DNA of 64,000 nucleotides, from positions 77,108 through 141,107 of the forward strand of contig RHPI01000772.1 in NCBI GenBank assembly GCA_009103225.1. The letters run 5' to 3'. This DNA is from Chlorokybus atmophyticus (taxonomy: Eukaryota > Plantae > Mesostigma and Chlorokybus algae). The translations under genes and the position numbers were made by a program. The notes under the pieces were generated by a model, which did not search any database, was not told the DNA's origin, and saw only the letters and a program-made list of their open reading frames with translations. This document shows, in pieces, positions 1 through 12,000 of this stretch (within the stretch, counting starts at the first letter, position 1; each line of letters opens with the position of its first letter).

Positions 1-470
1 ACTTGCGTTGATTGCTCGATGCTACGATGATGGCATGCGATAAGCGCTTAGGGGCAATAGCAAGCGCGTCAAAAACAGGAGGAAGTACGCTATATTCCCT
101 CCTTTTTTAAGGCATGATGCGCCGGCGGCATTGGGCAATAAGTTTTATTAACTCGATATCAAGACGCACGACGCCTTCGCGGAAGCGATCGGCAATAAAC
201 TTCCAGCAGGCCCTGCCATTGTGTGCTCGCCGTCGGGTGGGTGGTGCGCACCGCTGATGCACAGCAATTGGAGAGATGCTTTTGCCTAATAACGTAACAC
301 ACTTACTAAATGTGTAGTACATTATAAAAGCATGCTAAGTTTTCAATACAGTTCAATCATGCCTAATTGACCAACACTGTTGTGTTGGGCTAACACAGCC
401 ATCCGCGAGCAATGATGCAAGCACAGCGAATGCAATGCTAGCCACCCATCGCCGTCGCTGCCTACATGGT

Positions 471-2499
471 CGTTGCAAATTTTACACGGTGACTGACGAG
501 AGACTGAGGGACTGTTGAATGCCTGACCCTATCTAACCCTAACGGACCTAACGACTTGGGCCACTAAGGGACTGAATAAACCGCCGGTGCGTGTTGTGGA
601 CAATAATCAATTGCCGACCGCCGATCGTACAGTACAGTGGACTGTTGCCTATCGGTGATGACATGACATCAACATATTTTGACGGCCGACCGCCGGTCAT
701 ACTGCTTCCGTAACGGCGACCTACCTGTAATGGCAATTAAGTGTATATTCAGGCGCCTAACAGCGACGGTCGATACCGGTGCGTCGGAGTTGACCCGCGG
801 CCGGCCGTCGGTCGTACATAAGCCGCGGCGGCGACTAACCTACATTAGCAAGCAAGTGACCACTCATTTCAATCAAGTCTCATAAGAGGGACGAGCGATG
901 GCGAGTACCTATCAGTCCGGTTAGTTATACTCGGCACACTTAGTGGAACAATAGTACCATTGCGATGGTACAACAGTTCCATCAAAGTACCATACACGGT
1001 ACTCATCATTCAATGGTACAACGGTGCTGTCGTACCACATTAGTGGTACGACTGTACCATTGAACTTGAAGACGTCGAGCATTTAAAAGGCAGCGTTTCA
1101 AACGCTGAACGGCTTCATTTACAAGGACAATTATGCGGCGGTGGCGGCGACGGCGGCGGTGGCATTGGCGGTGGTGGCGGCGGCGGCGGCGGCACGGTTG
1201 GTGAGTTTGTGTATATGTGTGTACACAGAGTAGTTGAGTTGCATGTGCATGATGGTGTTATGTTAAATGCAACAGCGCAACCCGCCCTTCTTACAGGCTA
1301 GGCCAGGGGCGGCGGCGGCGGCATGGTAGGTGAGTTTCTTTGTATGTGTGTGTATGATACCGTTGTGTTGACGCGTTCTTGCCGACCAGGCCAAGCGGAG
1401 GAGGAGCGGTGAGGGCGGCGCAGGCGCGGAGGAGTAGAGAGTGGAGGAGCGGCGGCTGAGTATAAGGGTAGAGTATATAGGGTAGTAGTAGTAGTAGCTT
1501 AATGTTATAGTAGTAGTAGTACTAGTAGCTCAATGTAGTTTACATTGTAGTGTAGCAACATGTTACAATGTTTATTGTTATTACATTTTTGAATTAGTCA
1601 AGTTATTATATTATATAATATACTTGTGACTCGTCGTCTCTCACAGTTGACTACAATCACATGCAGTACCTGCTCATGACTGAATGGTACCGATAGGTAT
1701 TGGGGACAGTGACGTCAGGTACCTTGAAGGCACCATAAGGTACGTGATAGTTGGGTACAGTCTACCCCCGTTAAAAGACTTCGCTTTAAGGGAATAACCC
1801 CGCTAAGATCATGGATTATCAAAAGACCAATGGTTTTACAGGCAAATATCTTCGGTTAGTGGAATAGTCTTGTACGTAATAAGACTAAAGAGAAGACTTG
1901 AAAATTTAAGTGGGCTCAGTCTTGTAACGGGGGAATACCTTGTTAATAGCATAATTGTCTTGTTGATATTAGAATAATATTATATAAATTAAATCATTAA
2001 ATTCATATATTGTATTGTATGGTTTATAGAGGAAATATGAATCTGAATTTTGCCACGTCAGCAAATGATGACGTGGCTTGAGGTTATCGGTCGATACCCC
2101 ATTAACAAAATATATATCCTTTAAATGATAAAAGAATATATAGTCTTATAAGCGCCAAGAGAATAACCCCGTTAGTGGAATGAAAAGTTGAAAGATAAAC
2201 GTGATTCTTATAACGGGGGTAGACTGTACCTTTAAGGTACGGTCGCCGGTACCTAACTATTGGGTACCGGTTAGGTAGGTCAAGTCCCCTTTGCTTGACT
2301 GATGGGTGTTTAACAGGTACTTGTTAGTCTAGGTCAGTCCCTTAATTAAAACGGCCGCCGCCTCATGGTAACGACGTTATACTCAGGTCTTTGTATCGAG
2401 ATTACAGGTGGATTAAGGTACGACAGTCTAAATGAGTATCCTCAGGTGCACGGCCGTTACCAATATTTCATCGGCTGGCAGGGGAAACAATTTACGACG
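471..2499. mobile_element. Non-autonomous short-TIR DNA transposon, family X1 copy 1 (CMC/EnSpm-like by TSD length)
   Basis: Starts CGTTGCAAAT (471) and ends ATTTACGACG (2499), an imperfect ~11-bp TIR. Flanked by GT on both sides (469-470, 2500-2501), a 2-bp TSD. Homologous to 5799-7410 at both ends (GCAAATTTTACACGGT..CTGAC; CAAGTCCCCTTTGCTT..GGCAGGGGAAACA). Subterminal AGGGACT/AGTCCC repeats. No transposase ORF. Confidence 0.75.
1758..2226. mobile_element. Tc1/mariner(pogo)-type MITE, family M1 copy a, nested in X1 copy 1
   Basis: Perfect TIR CAGTCTACCCCCGTTA / TAACGGGGGTAGACTG. TA on both sides (1756-57, 2227-28). AT-rich interior with GAATAACCCCG subterminal motifs. Absent at the equivalent position of X1 copy 2. 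Confidence 0.9.
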
Positions 2500-5400
2500 G
2501 TGCTGTTGGCCTATGACGCTAGTGGCTCCATCTGCAGCGAGCTCCAGCCCGCCACGACCATCATCGCCGTGGCTTCAAGCTCCAGCAACATCCGACCATG
2601 CGCCCGTTGTTGGAATGGCACCACGTACCTACCGAGGAGTTACAGCAGTTGCCCACGCAAGTACGCCGCCTGCCTGGCGCATGTCTTCAACACCTCCACA
2701 AAAGCCCCCAACCATCCCATTGGTCTCTACTGCCAATGGATAGAACATGTCCGACGGCGGGTGATTACTTTATTTGCGCCGCCATTCTCCACGTCACGCG
2801 CGCCCGCCAAATGCGGCAGTGGGTGGCGTGCGCGCTGCAACACGACATGGCCATCATTAAGCGTGGCGCAGCGGCGGCGGCGGCGATGGCAGATAGGGCG
2901 CCGGTGCCGACCGGTCTATTGCCGATTGAGGCTGGGGCCTCGACTATCTCGACGGCACTGGCAATGGCGTAACTCGGCCGATGGCGGTGGTAGGGTAGCA
3001 TAGCCGGCGTGTGTACAGGAAACAGAAGGTGCTATTACAAGCATACAGTTTGCAGCCAGGAGTTCTAACTACATGTGTATGTGTACATTGTTTTGAAAAC
3101 AGCAAAGCAATGACAGCTAGTGTACATGCGATAGTGTGTGGGACGTGATTACTGGGGGATGACATGTTATAATTGATGTTTACGTTATATATCATGCGGG
3201 CGATTGTTGCCGCAATATTCCTTCGCAACTTGTACAAAATTGTCAATGGGTCAAGTTCAAGACTCTTGAGTGGGATCATGACCAACTAGTGGATTTATCT
3301 TTTGGGGCTAAGAGACGAAACGAAAGTTTGCACTCAGGCTACCTCAATACCTGCACTTCAAACTGCACAGCTGATCCTTGCGCAGCATACTTATACATAA
3401 CACTTATGTTAGCAACCTTGATACGCTAGCTCTTATAGTATATGTTGCATGTTATGCCAGTGAAGGACTTGAGCTAGGTTGTGTCGGGATATGACTACAT
3501 GCAGGGGAATAACAGACTGTGGGCTGGTTGTAGGCATGAGGTAGTTAGATATGCTTGTAGAAGCAAATCTAGACAATAACGTCTGTTGAGTTTTGTGATG
3601 GAAAGGTAGACAAGGATGTTATTGAGTGAGGGGAAGTGCATTTGGCGAGTTACTGTCAATGTAACCGGACATCAGCTCAAATCTGGTGGGTGTAATTGGG
3701 GCTATTTCGGGAGTTGTGAGTGGAGAAGGACTGGTGGAAGGAGTGGGCATCCATGTGGCAGTCAAGAGCTGGTCATGGAGACGATCTACTTGGTATTGGA
3801 GGCGTGGATTGGAGCGGGAGCTGAAGGAGAGCAAGTTTGAGTAGCTTTGACCATGGTCTAGTGCATTCTTGGTTGTGCTAGCTTAATTCATGTGTCATTG
3901 ACTTGTTTATTGTACAAGTAGTGTGACTGAACAGATGTAGCTATTTAGTCAGCAAGATACCATACCATACCATACCAAGTTACAAGTGCCATTTAAGTGC
4001 CATAACATTAGTGCAATACATCTTTGTGTGTTGTATGCAATTGGTGCCTTAACTAAGGCTGTTGTTGTGTGAGCGTGTGACACAAGCGCATACCATCATG
4101 CCCTGCTCAGCAAGTACATCTACAAAAAGGACGCGAACGTCATCATCACCCTCATGTAGACTGTTCACTACACATGTGAATAGACATAGTAGTGTATGAG
4201 TAATAGGAGTAAACATTGCATGAAGTTGCAGTGTTGTGTATGAGTAGCAGCATTGTCGACATGTGCTAGTGGGTGCATTGAGGTAACATGGCATCGAGCA
4301 CACGTGGCGCGACATGCACCTCAAGCATACCACTGCTTGAAGGCTTTTTCTTTCCTACCATACAATAAGCTGGGGTCGTCATGATGGCATTTGGTAAATG
4401 CCATCATATTTAGTGCCTGTGAGGCCCACAAGCAAGCACCCGCCCGAGCGTGTTAGGTTCAACCGCATCTCGTATGTTGTTTTCATGGCCTTATGCGTTT
4501 CTGTCACAGAGGTGCTGCAGTTCAAGAGTAGAACATGAGACTAGCGCTTCGAGGTTTGATGCAGCATTGCTGAGTGTATAGCTTATATGAGTGTATATCC
4601 ACCGCGGAACTTTGTAAGGGCATGCCGATCCTCCGCATGCTTCTTGGGAGGGTTGGTTGAGATGTCTATCAGAGCCGAATAGTCCACGGGCTCTTGCAAG
4701 CCTGGCTCCGTTAGTTAGTATAGATGTGAATGTACAAGCGTTTGTTCACTGCGTGTTGCACCACAGTGAGCATAGACAGATACGGAGCGTGGCCCTAGTC
4801 AATGCTACATAAACATAGCAGCTCTGCTCATTGCAATGGCAGCATAAGCAAGTGCCATAACATGCTGGTCTTTCTACCACAATTGACTTGGAGCAAGCTG
4901 AGAAGTTGTAGATGGTTTGCGTATTGGGGATCATTGTCACGGACTCCTTAACAATGATGCTCAGTACAAGGTCTATATATAGGTGAGTTCACGTAGTCGC
5001 TCCGGAGCGACTGCGTGAAATGGTGGCCCTCTTTACCTGATATTGCTTGCGAAGCGTGTCGGGATTATAGAGAGCATACTCCACCCGGTACAGCTTGGGT
5101 GGTGTAACTGCAACGCAAACAAAGATATATGACATCATTATTGCTTGTCAGATCAGTTCTCTGTCTTTCTCTCTTCAACAAGAGAGGGAACAAGTCGCGT
5201 GAGAGCATATGCATGCGGAAGAGTAGCGCGCCTGGAGAAAGAGGCTTGCGGAATGCCAAACCTGACGAGTCAACGGTGATGTGTCTTATTTGCACCAAAG
5301 TAGCAGATGGGATGGATGTCGCATATATCCGCGGGTTGTCTCGCCATGCAGCGACGCTATAGATCTGAGATTGCGTAGAGTTTTACGACGATGACCAAAT

Positions 5401-5798
5401 GTTAAAGAAGACAAAGCACAGCCCTTTCGGCATGGCTGCACAAATGCATGCGCGTCAGAATGTGGTGTACACTCACACACACGTACATGCGTGCTAGCGC
5501 ATATGTGCTTGTGAGAGAGAGGGTGCGATAACTGAGAGCTGAATCATGTTGCCATGGCACAATGTCGCAAAAATAAACTCATCATGTGTCCCACATGAGG
5601 TATCCACAGCGAAATCCTCAGTGTTTTTGCCGCTGTAACGGAGCTCAGTCACAGTCCGTTCAAATAATCATGAGGCCGTGCAACGTAATCCGCGCGCATT
5701 CAAAACTATTTGGAGCATGTTTGGAGGCGCCTTCTCTATTCAATGAACGATGTCTGTGCAATAACATGCAGCATTGAGAGTGCAGATGAAGAGGGAAA

Positions 5799-6031
5799 CG
5801 TCGCAAATTTTACACGGTAACTGACAAGGGACTAAGGGACTGACGAGTGCCTGACCCTGCCTGACCCTATCTGACGTAACGGATTGGTCCATAAAGGGAC
5901 TTTTCAGGACGGCCGTTACTATCAAGCAACATATACCGACGGCAAGCGGTCGACCGATAAGTACAATCGACGGCGGCCTGCCTGCGACGGCAACACCGCA
6001 TTATATATATATATGTATATCTATAAGGTAT

Positions 6032-6086
<55 letters not shown>

Positions 6087-7410
6087 GACGGTCGATTGTC
6101 GGTCGTCCCATTTGCGCGATGGCGACCTATCCGTATAGCAGATAAGTCACGTTTTGGTCACATACAGTGACGGCCGACCGTCGGTCGTATCCTGACCGTC
6201 GAAGTATGCGCGATGGCCTGCCTATTTTAGCAAGCCAGTCACCGTTAGTCCTTATCAGGTGACTTACTGCGTTTATTTAGTGACGGCCGATCGCCGGTCG
6301 TGCACCCAATGCGGCGGCCTACTTATTTTGCGTCAAGTATGATAAGCAAGTGACCGCCGGTCTCTAAAGGTCGGCAAGTCGGGACGGTGGTACCGGCCGG
6401 CAAGTCAAGACGCTGGTACAATGCAGCCGCCGTATTATGTCAATGGTACGAACAGTGCCATTGTCGCAATGGCACTATTGTATCATATTAATGGTACCAT
6501 AGTGCCATTGCGACAATGGTACTTTCGTGCTGTTATAATAATACGATAATGCCGTTGCGAGTCACGTTTCGACAACGCGTTTGTTGGGCTGCCCAAGTTA
6601 TTCAAACGCTCAACGGCTTCAAATTCAACAGAGCGTTGTGGGCGGCGGCAACGGCTAACAGTAGGTGAGCTTGGTTGCTGTCTGACGTTGTACTACGCGC
6701 AACACCGCATGCCATCTAACCACCCTCCTTGCCTTAGGGCGGCCAGGCTAGGACAGGCTAGGCCAGACCAGGCCAGGCTAGGCCAAACCAGGCCAGGCGG
6801 CGGCAGCGGCGGCGGAGAAGGAACGGCGGCGGCGGAGCTGGAGCGGGCGGTGCAGGAGCCGCAGCTCAGTACAAAGGTAGTACCAGCAGTAGTATCTAAG
6901 GTAGTGGTAGCAGTAGTGGTAGTCTAGTTGTACTAGCAGTAGTAGTAGTAGCTCAGTTTATTACATTGTAATTTTTTTTTTTGGTTTTTCAATAATTGTT
7001 ACGCATTGTTGCACAGCTGATGACGACAATCACGTGTGACACCTAATCATGACTGAGCGGTACTAGCAAGTACCTTTAAGGGTACGCATATTCAACGGTA
7101 GGTACCTTAAGGTACCTGAATTTCGCTCAGTTAGCGTACAGTCGCCGGTACCTAACTGATATGTACCGGTCAGTTACCTGTTAGTTAGGTCAAGTCCCCT
7201 TTGCTTAACTATTGAGTACCTAACAGGTACCTACTAATTAGGGTCAGTCCCTTTATGCAAAAGGCCGCCAACTAATGGTGACGGCCGTTATGCTCAGGTC
7301 TGTGTATCGAGATCGCCGGTAGACTGAAGGTCGACAGTCTTAATAAGTATCCTCAGGTACACGGCCGTTGCCAATATTCAGCCGGCCGGCAGGGGAAACA
7401 TTTTGCAACG
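5799..7410. mobile_element. Non-autonomous short-TIR DNA transposon, family X1 copy 2
   Basis: Starts CGTCGCAAAT (5799) and ends TTTTGCAACG (7410). AA on both sides (5797-98, 7411-12). Shares end blocks and central (GGC)n/(TAG)n tracts with 471-2499. Confidence 0.75.
6001..6082. repeat. (TA)n microsatellite inside X1 copy 2
   Basis: Direct reading of the sequence. Confidence 0.95.
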
Positions 7411-7798
7411 AACACAAAGAGCGGAGAGCGAGTTGCTGGGAGAGGCATAATGAAAGAGTTTGTAATCATCCTCAAGATGGGTAGAGCACAGCAGACCAAT
7501 GCAACTCTGCTTCAATTCATGCAGCTCTGCACAAACATAAGGCGTGTAACTGTGTGCTGATAGCCTTTTTACATAACACACGCACCTCCCACCATAACGG
7601 AGGCGAGCCACCTTGGTCTTGCCGGGGAGCTCATTAGGGAAGCTTGGTGGAGGAACCCGTCAGATTCCCCCACTGTCATGGCATTAAAAATGATTTTGGG
7701 GTCGCGTTGTCGTTCAAGTAAGTTTGTACACTAGACGGCTTGCATAGTTTCTATGCATGAACAATGGGGAGCACAAGAGTGAGCGTGAGCGTCAGCAC

Positions 7799-7846
<48 letters not shown>
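7799..7846. repeat. Compound (GT)n(GA)n microsatellite
   Basis: Direct reading of the sequence. Confidence 0.95.
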
Positions 7847-10699
7847 TTACATGTTTGTGGGTCCTGTCAATTGCACTTGGGCAGGGAGGCTAAGTAGGTG
7901 GTACAGTGGTCCCCAACCAAGTAGACGTTATTTAAAACCCCCGCGCGGATTGTCATTGACTTCTGAGAATGGCTGGCCGGCCGCAGCCAGTGAGAACGAG
8001 AGAGGGTGCAATGCAGTCTGTGGCGATTGGGAACGTGAACTTTGCCTGACAGTACTTAAATAGCCCGTTGTCGCTTGCAGCTGCAGCTCATGTCAAGAGT
8101 GTGCCAGTAACCGACGTGAATGAGTGAATTGGTATTTGTTTTTTAAAATATGTAAATGAATTGACAAGGCGGGTTTCCTCTGACTCCCTCCTTCCACATA
8201 CGTACGCACTAGCAATGTAGGGGGCGAGAGACAGTAATGAAAGTACACCGTGTGCATGCGCACCTTAATTAAATTTGACAGTGTTTACTAGCCGGCCAAA
8301 GGAGTAGACTCCCCCACAATTGGTGTAGGCGTAGTGCGTGCTCAGCTTTTGCTGGTAAGATGGGTTCTGGCGTGGGTTTGTTTGAAGCAGTCGAGTTGGA
8401 CCAAAACGTCCTTCAAAGAGGCATTGCGTTGACTTTATTGCAGTATCCATCCGTGCACCTATCAGAAACACGCGCCCACTCACCACCGAATACAGTGCTG
8501 GTTTCGGCGCCGCTGAAGTGCTCAGCTCGCTGCTGTAGCCCACACCTGTAACGGCAGGATGTCCAGAGTGTCTGCTTGTGTTACGAAATGAGGGGTTTCC
8601 ACTAAGTCACATCAGCAAAAGGCGCTGATGGTTGAAGATTTCATATGGATATAAGCTACAATCGTGACCATCCTCCCCCTAAGGATGTGATGTTCCTTAA
8701 CCATCCAACCTAATGTCTATAATGCATATGAGCATGAGCAAGTGAGCATGAGCAACTCGGAGCGTAGGCGCTTACGGGGGCAATGCATGCCTTCTGCTGT
8801 TACTGACAACAATTAGCACTCCACAGCAGGAAAAGCAAATGACAATGCTGTTGGTTCATGAGACGACCCAAGCCAGCTTAGTGGTTTTTAAAAGTTACCA
8901 CAGAAGCAGACTCTTGATTACGCATGTAGGTGAGTGCAAGCATGTGTGTTAGGCATGATCAGCTCATGCCAAGCAACCAACTTGCATGTGCTTTTTGCTT
9001 GCTCTACCTGTGGCGAATATAGCATTATTTGCAGGGTTCTCAACATGCATAGCATATGACACTTGTGTGCTTTTGTCTAGTCAGCTTAGCCAGCCCTATT
9101 GTATCTGTAAGTTAATATTTGATAAGCTCCTCATAGACTGCAGTTGTATGTGTAGGCTGCAGGCAGGTAAGATTGGTATAGTTTGATGGTTTCTGGTAAA
9201 ACCCAGACTGAGGGCCCAGAGCCGATAGGCCGCGGGATATTAAACAAGTTCACTTCTCTAGTCACTTCGATGGCGGTGTAGCTCTGCTCTTACCACTATG
9301 CTGTGTATGCTTGTTGTGCATGGTTGCATGCAGCATCTCTAGTCAACACTACCTACACTCATGCTTGCACACAAAGGTACGCGATGTGCATTGAGCTGGG
9401 GTCTAAGGTTTCGTGCAGTGCAGTGCGAGTATGCGAGATTACAGGGCACACACAGTGTGCGAAACCGCACTTCGCATAACCGGTACATCTGCTAGCATAG
9501 GGTAAGTGTACATATTCCGGACACCTAATCAAGGAAAAGTTGTAAACTATGCTATACATGTGTCATCGAGCAGTGTGATAGCTTATTGGGAAGGCCTTTC
9601 AGTCTATTGTCCGTCTCACTTAACAATAAAGGTTTTAATTAGCGAAATGTGTTTGCTACACCCTTTTTAAAGGCGAGGGTGTGGCAAAACGCCGAAAATG
9701 CAGCTTGCCCTAACTTCAAACGCGGGCAAATTGGTTGTGTGTTGCTGCTGGTGGTAGCAAGGGAATAGCCATATTTTTGCCATAACTTTTGCTATATTTT
9801 ACCAGTTGACTAGCCTTTTTAAGGGCCATTAGCAGATAAATAGGCGGTCATACAACTAAAAAACACCGCAAACGGCTATCATAAACGCTACCCTTAGCGG
9901 CCAAAGTCGTGCAAATTTGTGCATAATTCCACCATAATGGCCATAATGGCCTCATTACTTAACCAATGGAGCCAGGTTGTTGCAGTAGGATGCATCTCGT
10001 AAATAGCTACAAAACAAGTCTTTATCTGGCAAAAATGACCGCTGGTGACCACCGCAATCGGTTAAAGGCTTACGTGTCAGAATTTAAGATACAGTCTGAA
10101 GTTGGTAACACTTACCCTACACCTTCTGTATACAAGACCAATATGCAACTGTCGATAACGTGAATTAAGAGCCTTCATGGCTACATGTGCAACCACTTCA
10201 ACCTGACCCGTGTGGTGTTTTCATGATACTCTCGTTGTTTCACACACTTCAAACCTAGACAACATCATTCTCAACTATACCAACAAGACTCACCAGTCAT
10301 CTACTAGGCAACATGACTGTTGTGGCTTGCGACTATGGGTCGGTAGCTTGATAGTCAACTACAAATGCCCTTCATGCAGCTTGCAAACTTCAGGTGATAA
10401 CTCCGCCAAACATTTGTGAAAACGCCTATTGATGGCATCTAGCTTGCCTGCACATACATCACTTGCATTTTTTGTCTACATAAAGAAGAGACGGGAACAC
10501 GCTGCCTGCATGACTGCAAGAGTGTGCAAGTGTCTGACTACCTGCGCGTAATACTTGTGTGCATGCATGGGTACGTGCGTGTTTGTGTGCGTATCGCTTG
10601 TGTGCATGCGTGTAGCATGCGCGCCCATATCGAGCGTGGGAGAGGCAACAACACTTGCAACAATGTGGACGTACAACTTCACGCCTAACATCATCGCGC

Positions 10700-12000
10700 A
10701 CAGCCTGCAATGGACAAGCTCTCGCACATGACGCACCGCTCAGCATGTCGCCTACACAATAATAACTTGCATGTCTTAATAGCAATTGCTGTGTCACATT
10801 GCTGTTGCACAAATCTGCTTGGCAGGGTGCCTATAGCCTAGCTTGTGAGACTCAAAGGCTTTCACAACCTTCCAAAGCTTGCTGCGCACGGAAGCATCGT
10901 TGTTGCAGAACTTCGGGCATCGTTTCAGCAAAGTGCTCATTTGTGCATAATAGCTTGCCAGAAATGTCATCCAGTTAACAAGTTTTTGAGCCACAACCTT
11001 CAGTGGCAGCAAACAATTGTAGTTCTTGGCGCAGCATACTGCAAAGGTCCTTGTCACTAACGCTTGACAATGCCTGGAGCCTATGTAGGTTGTCTAGAAG
11101 AGTTTGAGGATAGCACTATACCAGGTGTAGGTGGGCCACTGCTGTTGTTTTTACACCACGAGTATACTTTCGCATTTGCAATACAACAAGACTTAACTAC
11201 AAACACCCATGAATTAAGATTGAGGCGTTCAACACTGCTCCATAAATTCGGCGCTCGAAGTCTTTAAGATTGCAATAAAGTGACTTGATCATGCCTTGTG
11301 TGACAAGCAACGTCACTTGCTGCTGAGGAAGAGATTACCCGTTCTAGATCCGCGCACCGCTTGCTGCTCACTTTCTAACCATGGGGACAGGAGGCGCACG
11401 CATCTAGGTCTTTCTCTTGTCGACAGCTGGCCAACAGACAATGTTGAGTGGGCAGCGCCAACAGCTCCAAGTTGTGACCAAGCTCAAGATGTGTCACAAA
11501 TTGGGACAGCCCTCACTTATGGTAGTGTCTTTTACTACCATAGCCTAGTGGTCGGGCCTCAATTGCTACAGGATGGCTTAAGGGAGGAGCAGCAGCTCAC
11601 CTTGTTGCTTATGTCAACGGCATCCTCCGAACTTGTTGTGCCACATATGTGCACTGAATCAGCCTGCAAATGATTGCATTGGGAGGTGCGCATATGTACG
11701 TCCAAACTGGCTCTTGCCCGTACAAAGATATAAAAGTGCGGCGCAACGGCTCTGGGTGTGGCAGCTCTCGTGATGCGCGTGAGAGAAAACATCATGTGAG
11801 CTATGGGCACAGTCACAATCAAGTCAACTGCACGCTCTTGCATATGGGTCACAAAAGTTGTAAAAATATGTCTGGTTGCTGATTGGGCCAGGGAGACAGC
11901 AATGAGCTGAACATGCACGCGATTGCCGATTTTATAATGATATGCCATTATTTGCAGGAACCAACCACTTGTACCGGTAATGGCCAAACACGTGCACGCA
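10700..12000 (-). pseudogene. Decayed multi-exon gene of unknown family, paralog A
   Basis: The reverse complement is homologous to 13900-15300 (TCACGCGCATCACGAGAGC, TTTGTACGGGCAAG, AAC/G|GTGAGCTGCTGCTCC, CAAGGACCTTTGCAGTATGC, TGAAACGATGCCC). Peptides LTRITRAAT, VERLNLNSWV and LKVVAQKLVNWMTFLA. Multiple stops and frameshifts. Confidence 0.55.

Larger units (their letters stand above)
466..3003 (+). pseudogene. Possible small Cys-rich ORF interrupted by the X1 element
   Basis: Removing 471-2501 joins ATG GT(466-470) to G CTG TTG (2502) and gives a stop-free 168-aa frame (MVLLAYDASGSICSELQP...RPCARCWNGTTYLPRSYSSCPRKYAACLAHVF...). TATAAAAG lies at ~323. No family recognised. Confidence 0.35.
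5250..9100 (+). pseudogene. Possible decayed CMC/Plavaka-like transposase, split by X1 copy 2
   Basis: Motifs occur in the expected order but are broken by stops and frameshifts: C-x2-C...GLSRH (~5280-5345), a reading frame restored across X1 copy 2, WWRNP (~7645), GERQ.NE.YT (~8225), SAFAGK...LLQYP (~8342-8450), SYNRDHP (~8655) and C-x-x-C (~8714). The family assignment is pattern recognition only. Confidence 0.4.

Noticed and set aside
3200-4950. Protein-like minus-strand fragments (QEPVDYSALIDISTNPPKKHAEDRHALTKFRGGY, EGDDDVRVLFVDVLAEQ, PRLQYQVDRLHDQLL)
   Set aside because: They may be a decayed gene, but stops and frameshifts prevent a coherent model and no family is recognisable.
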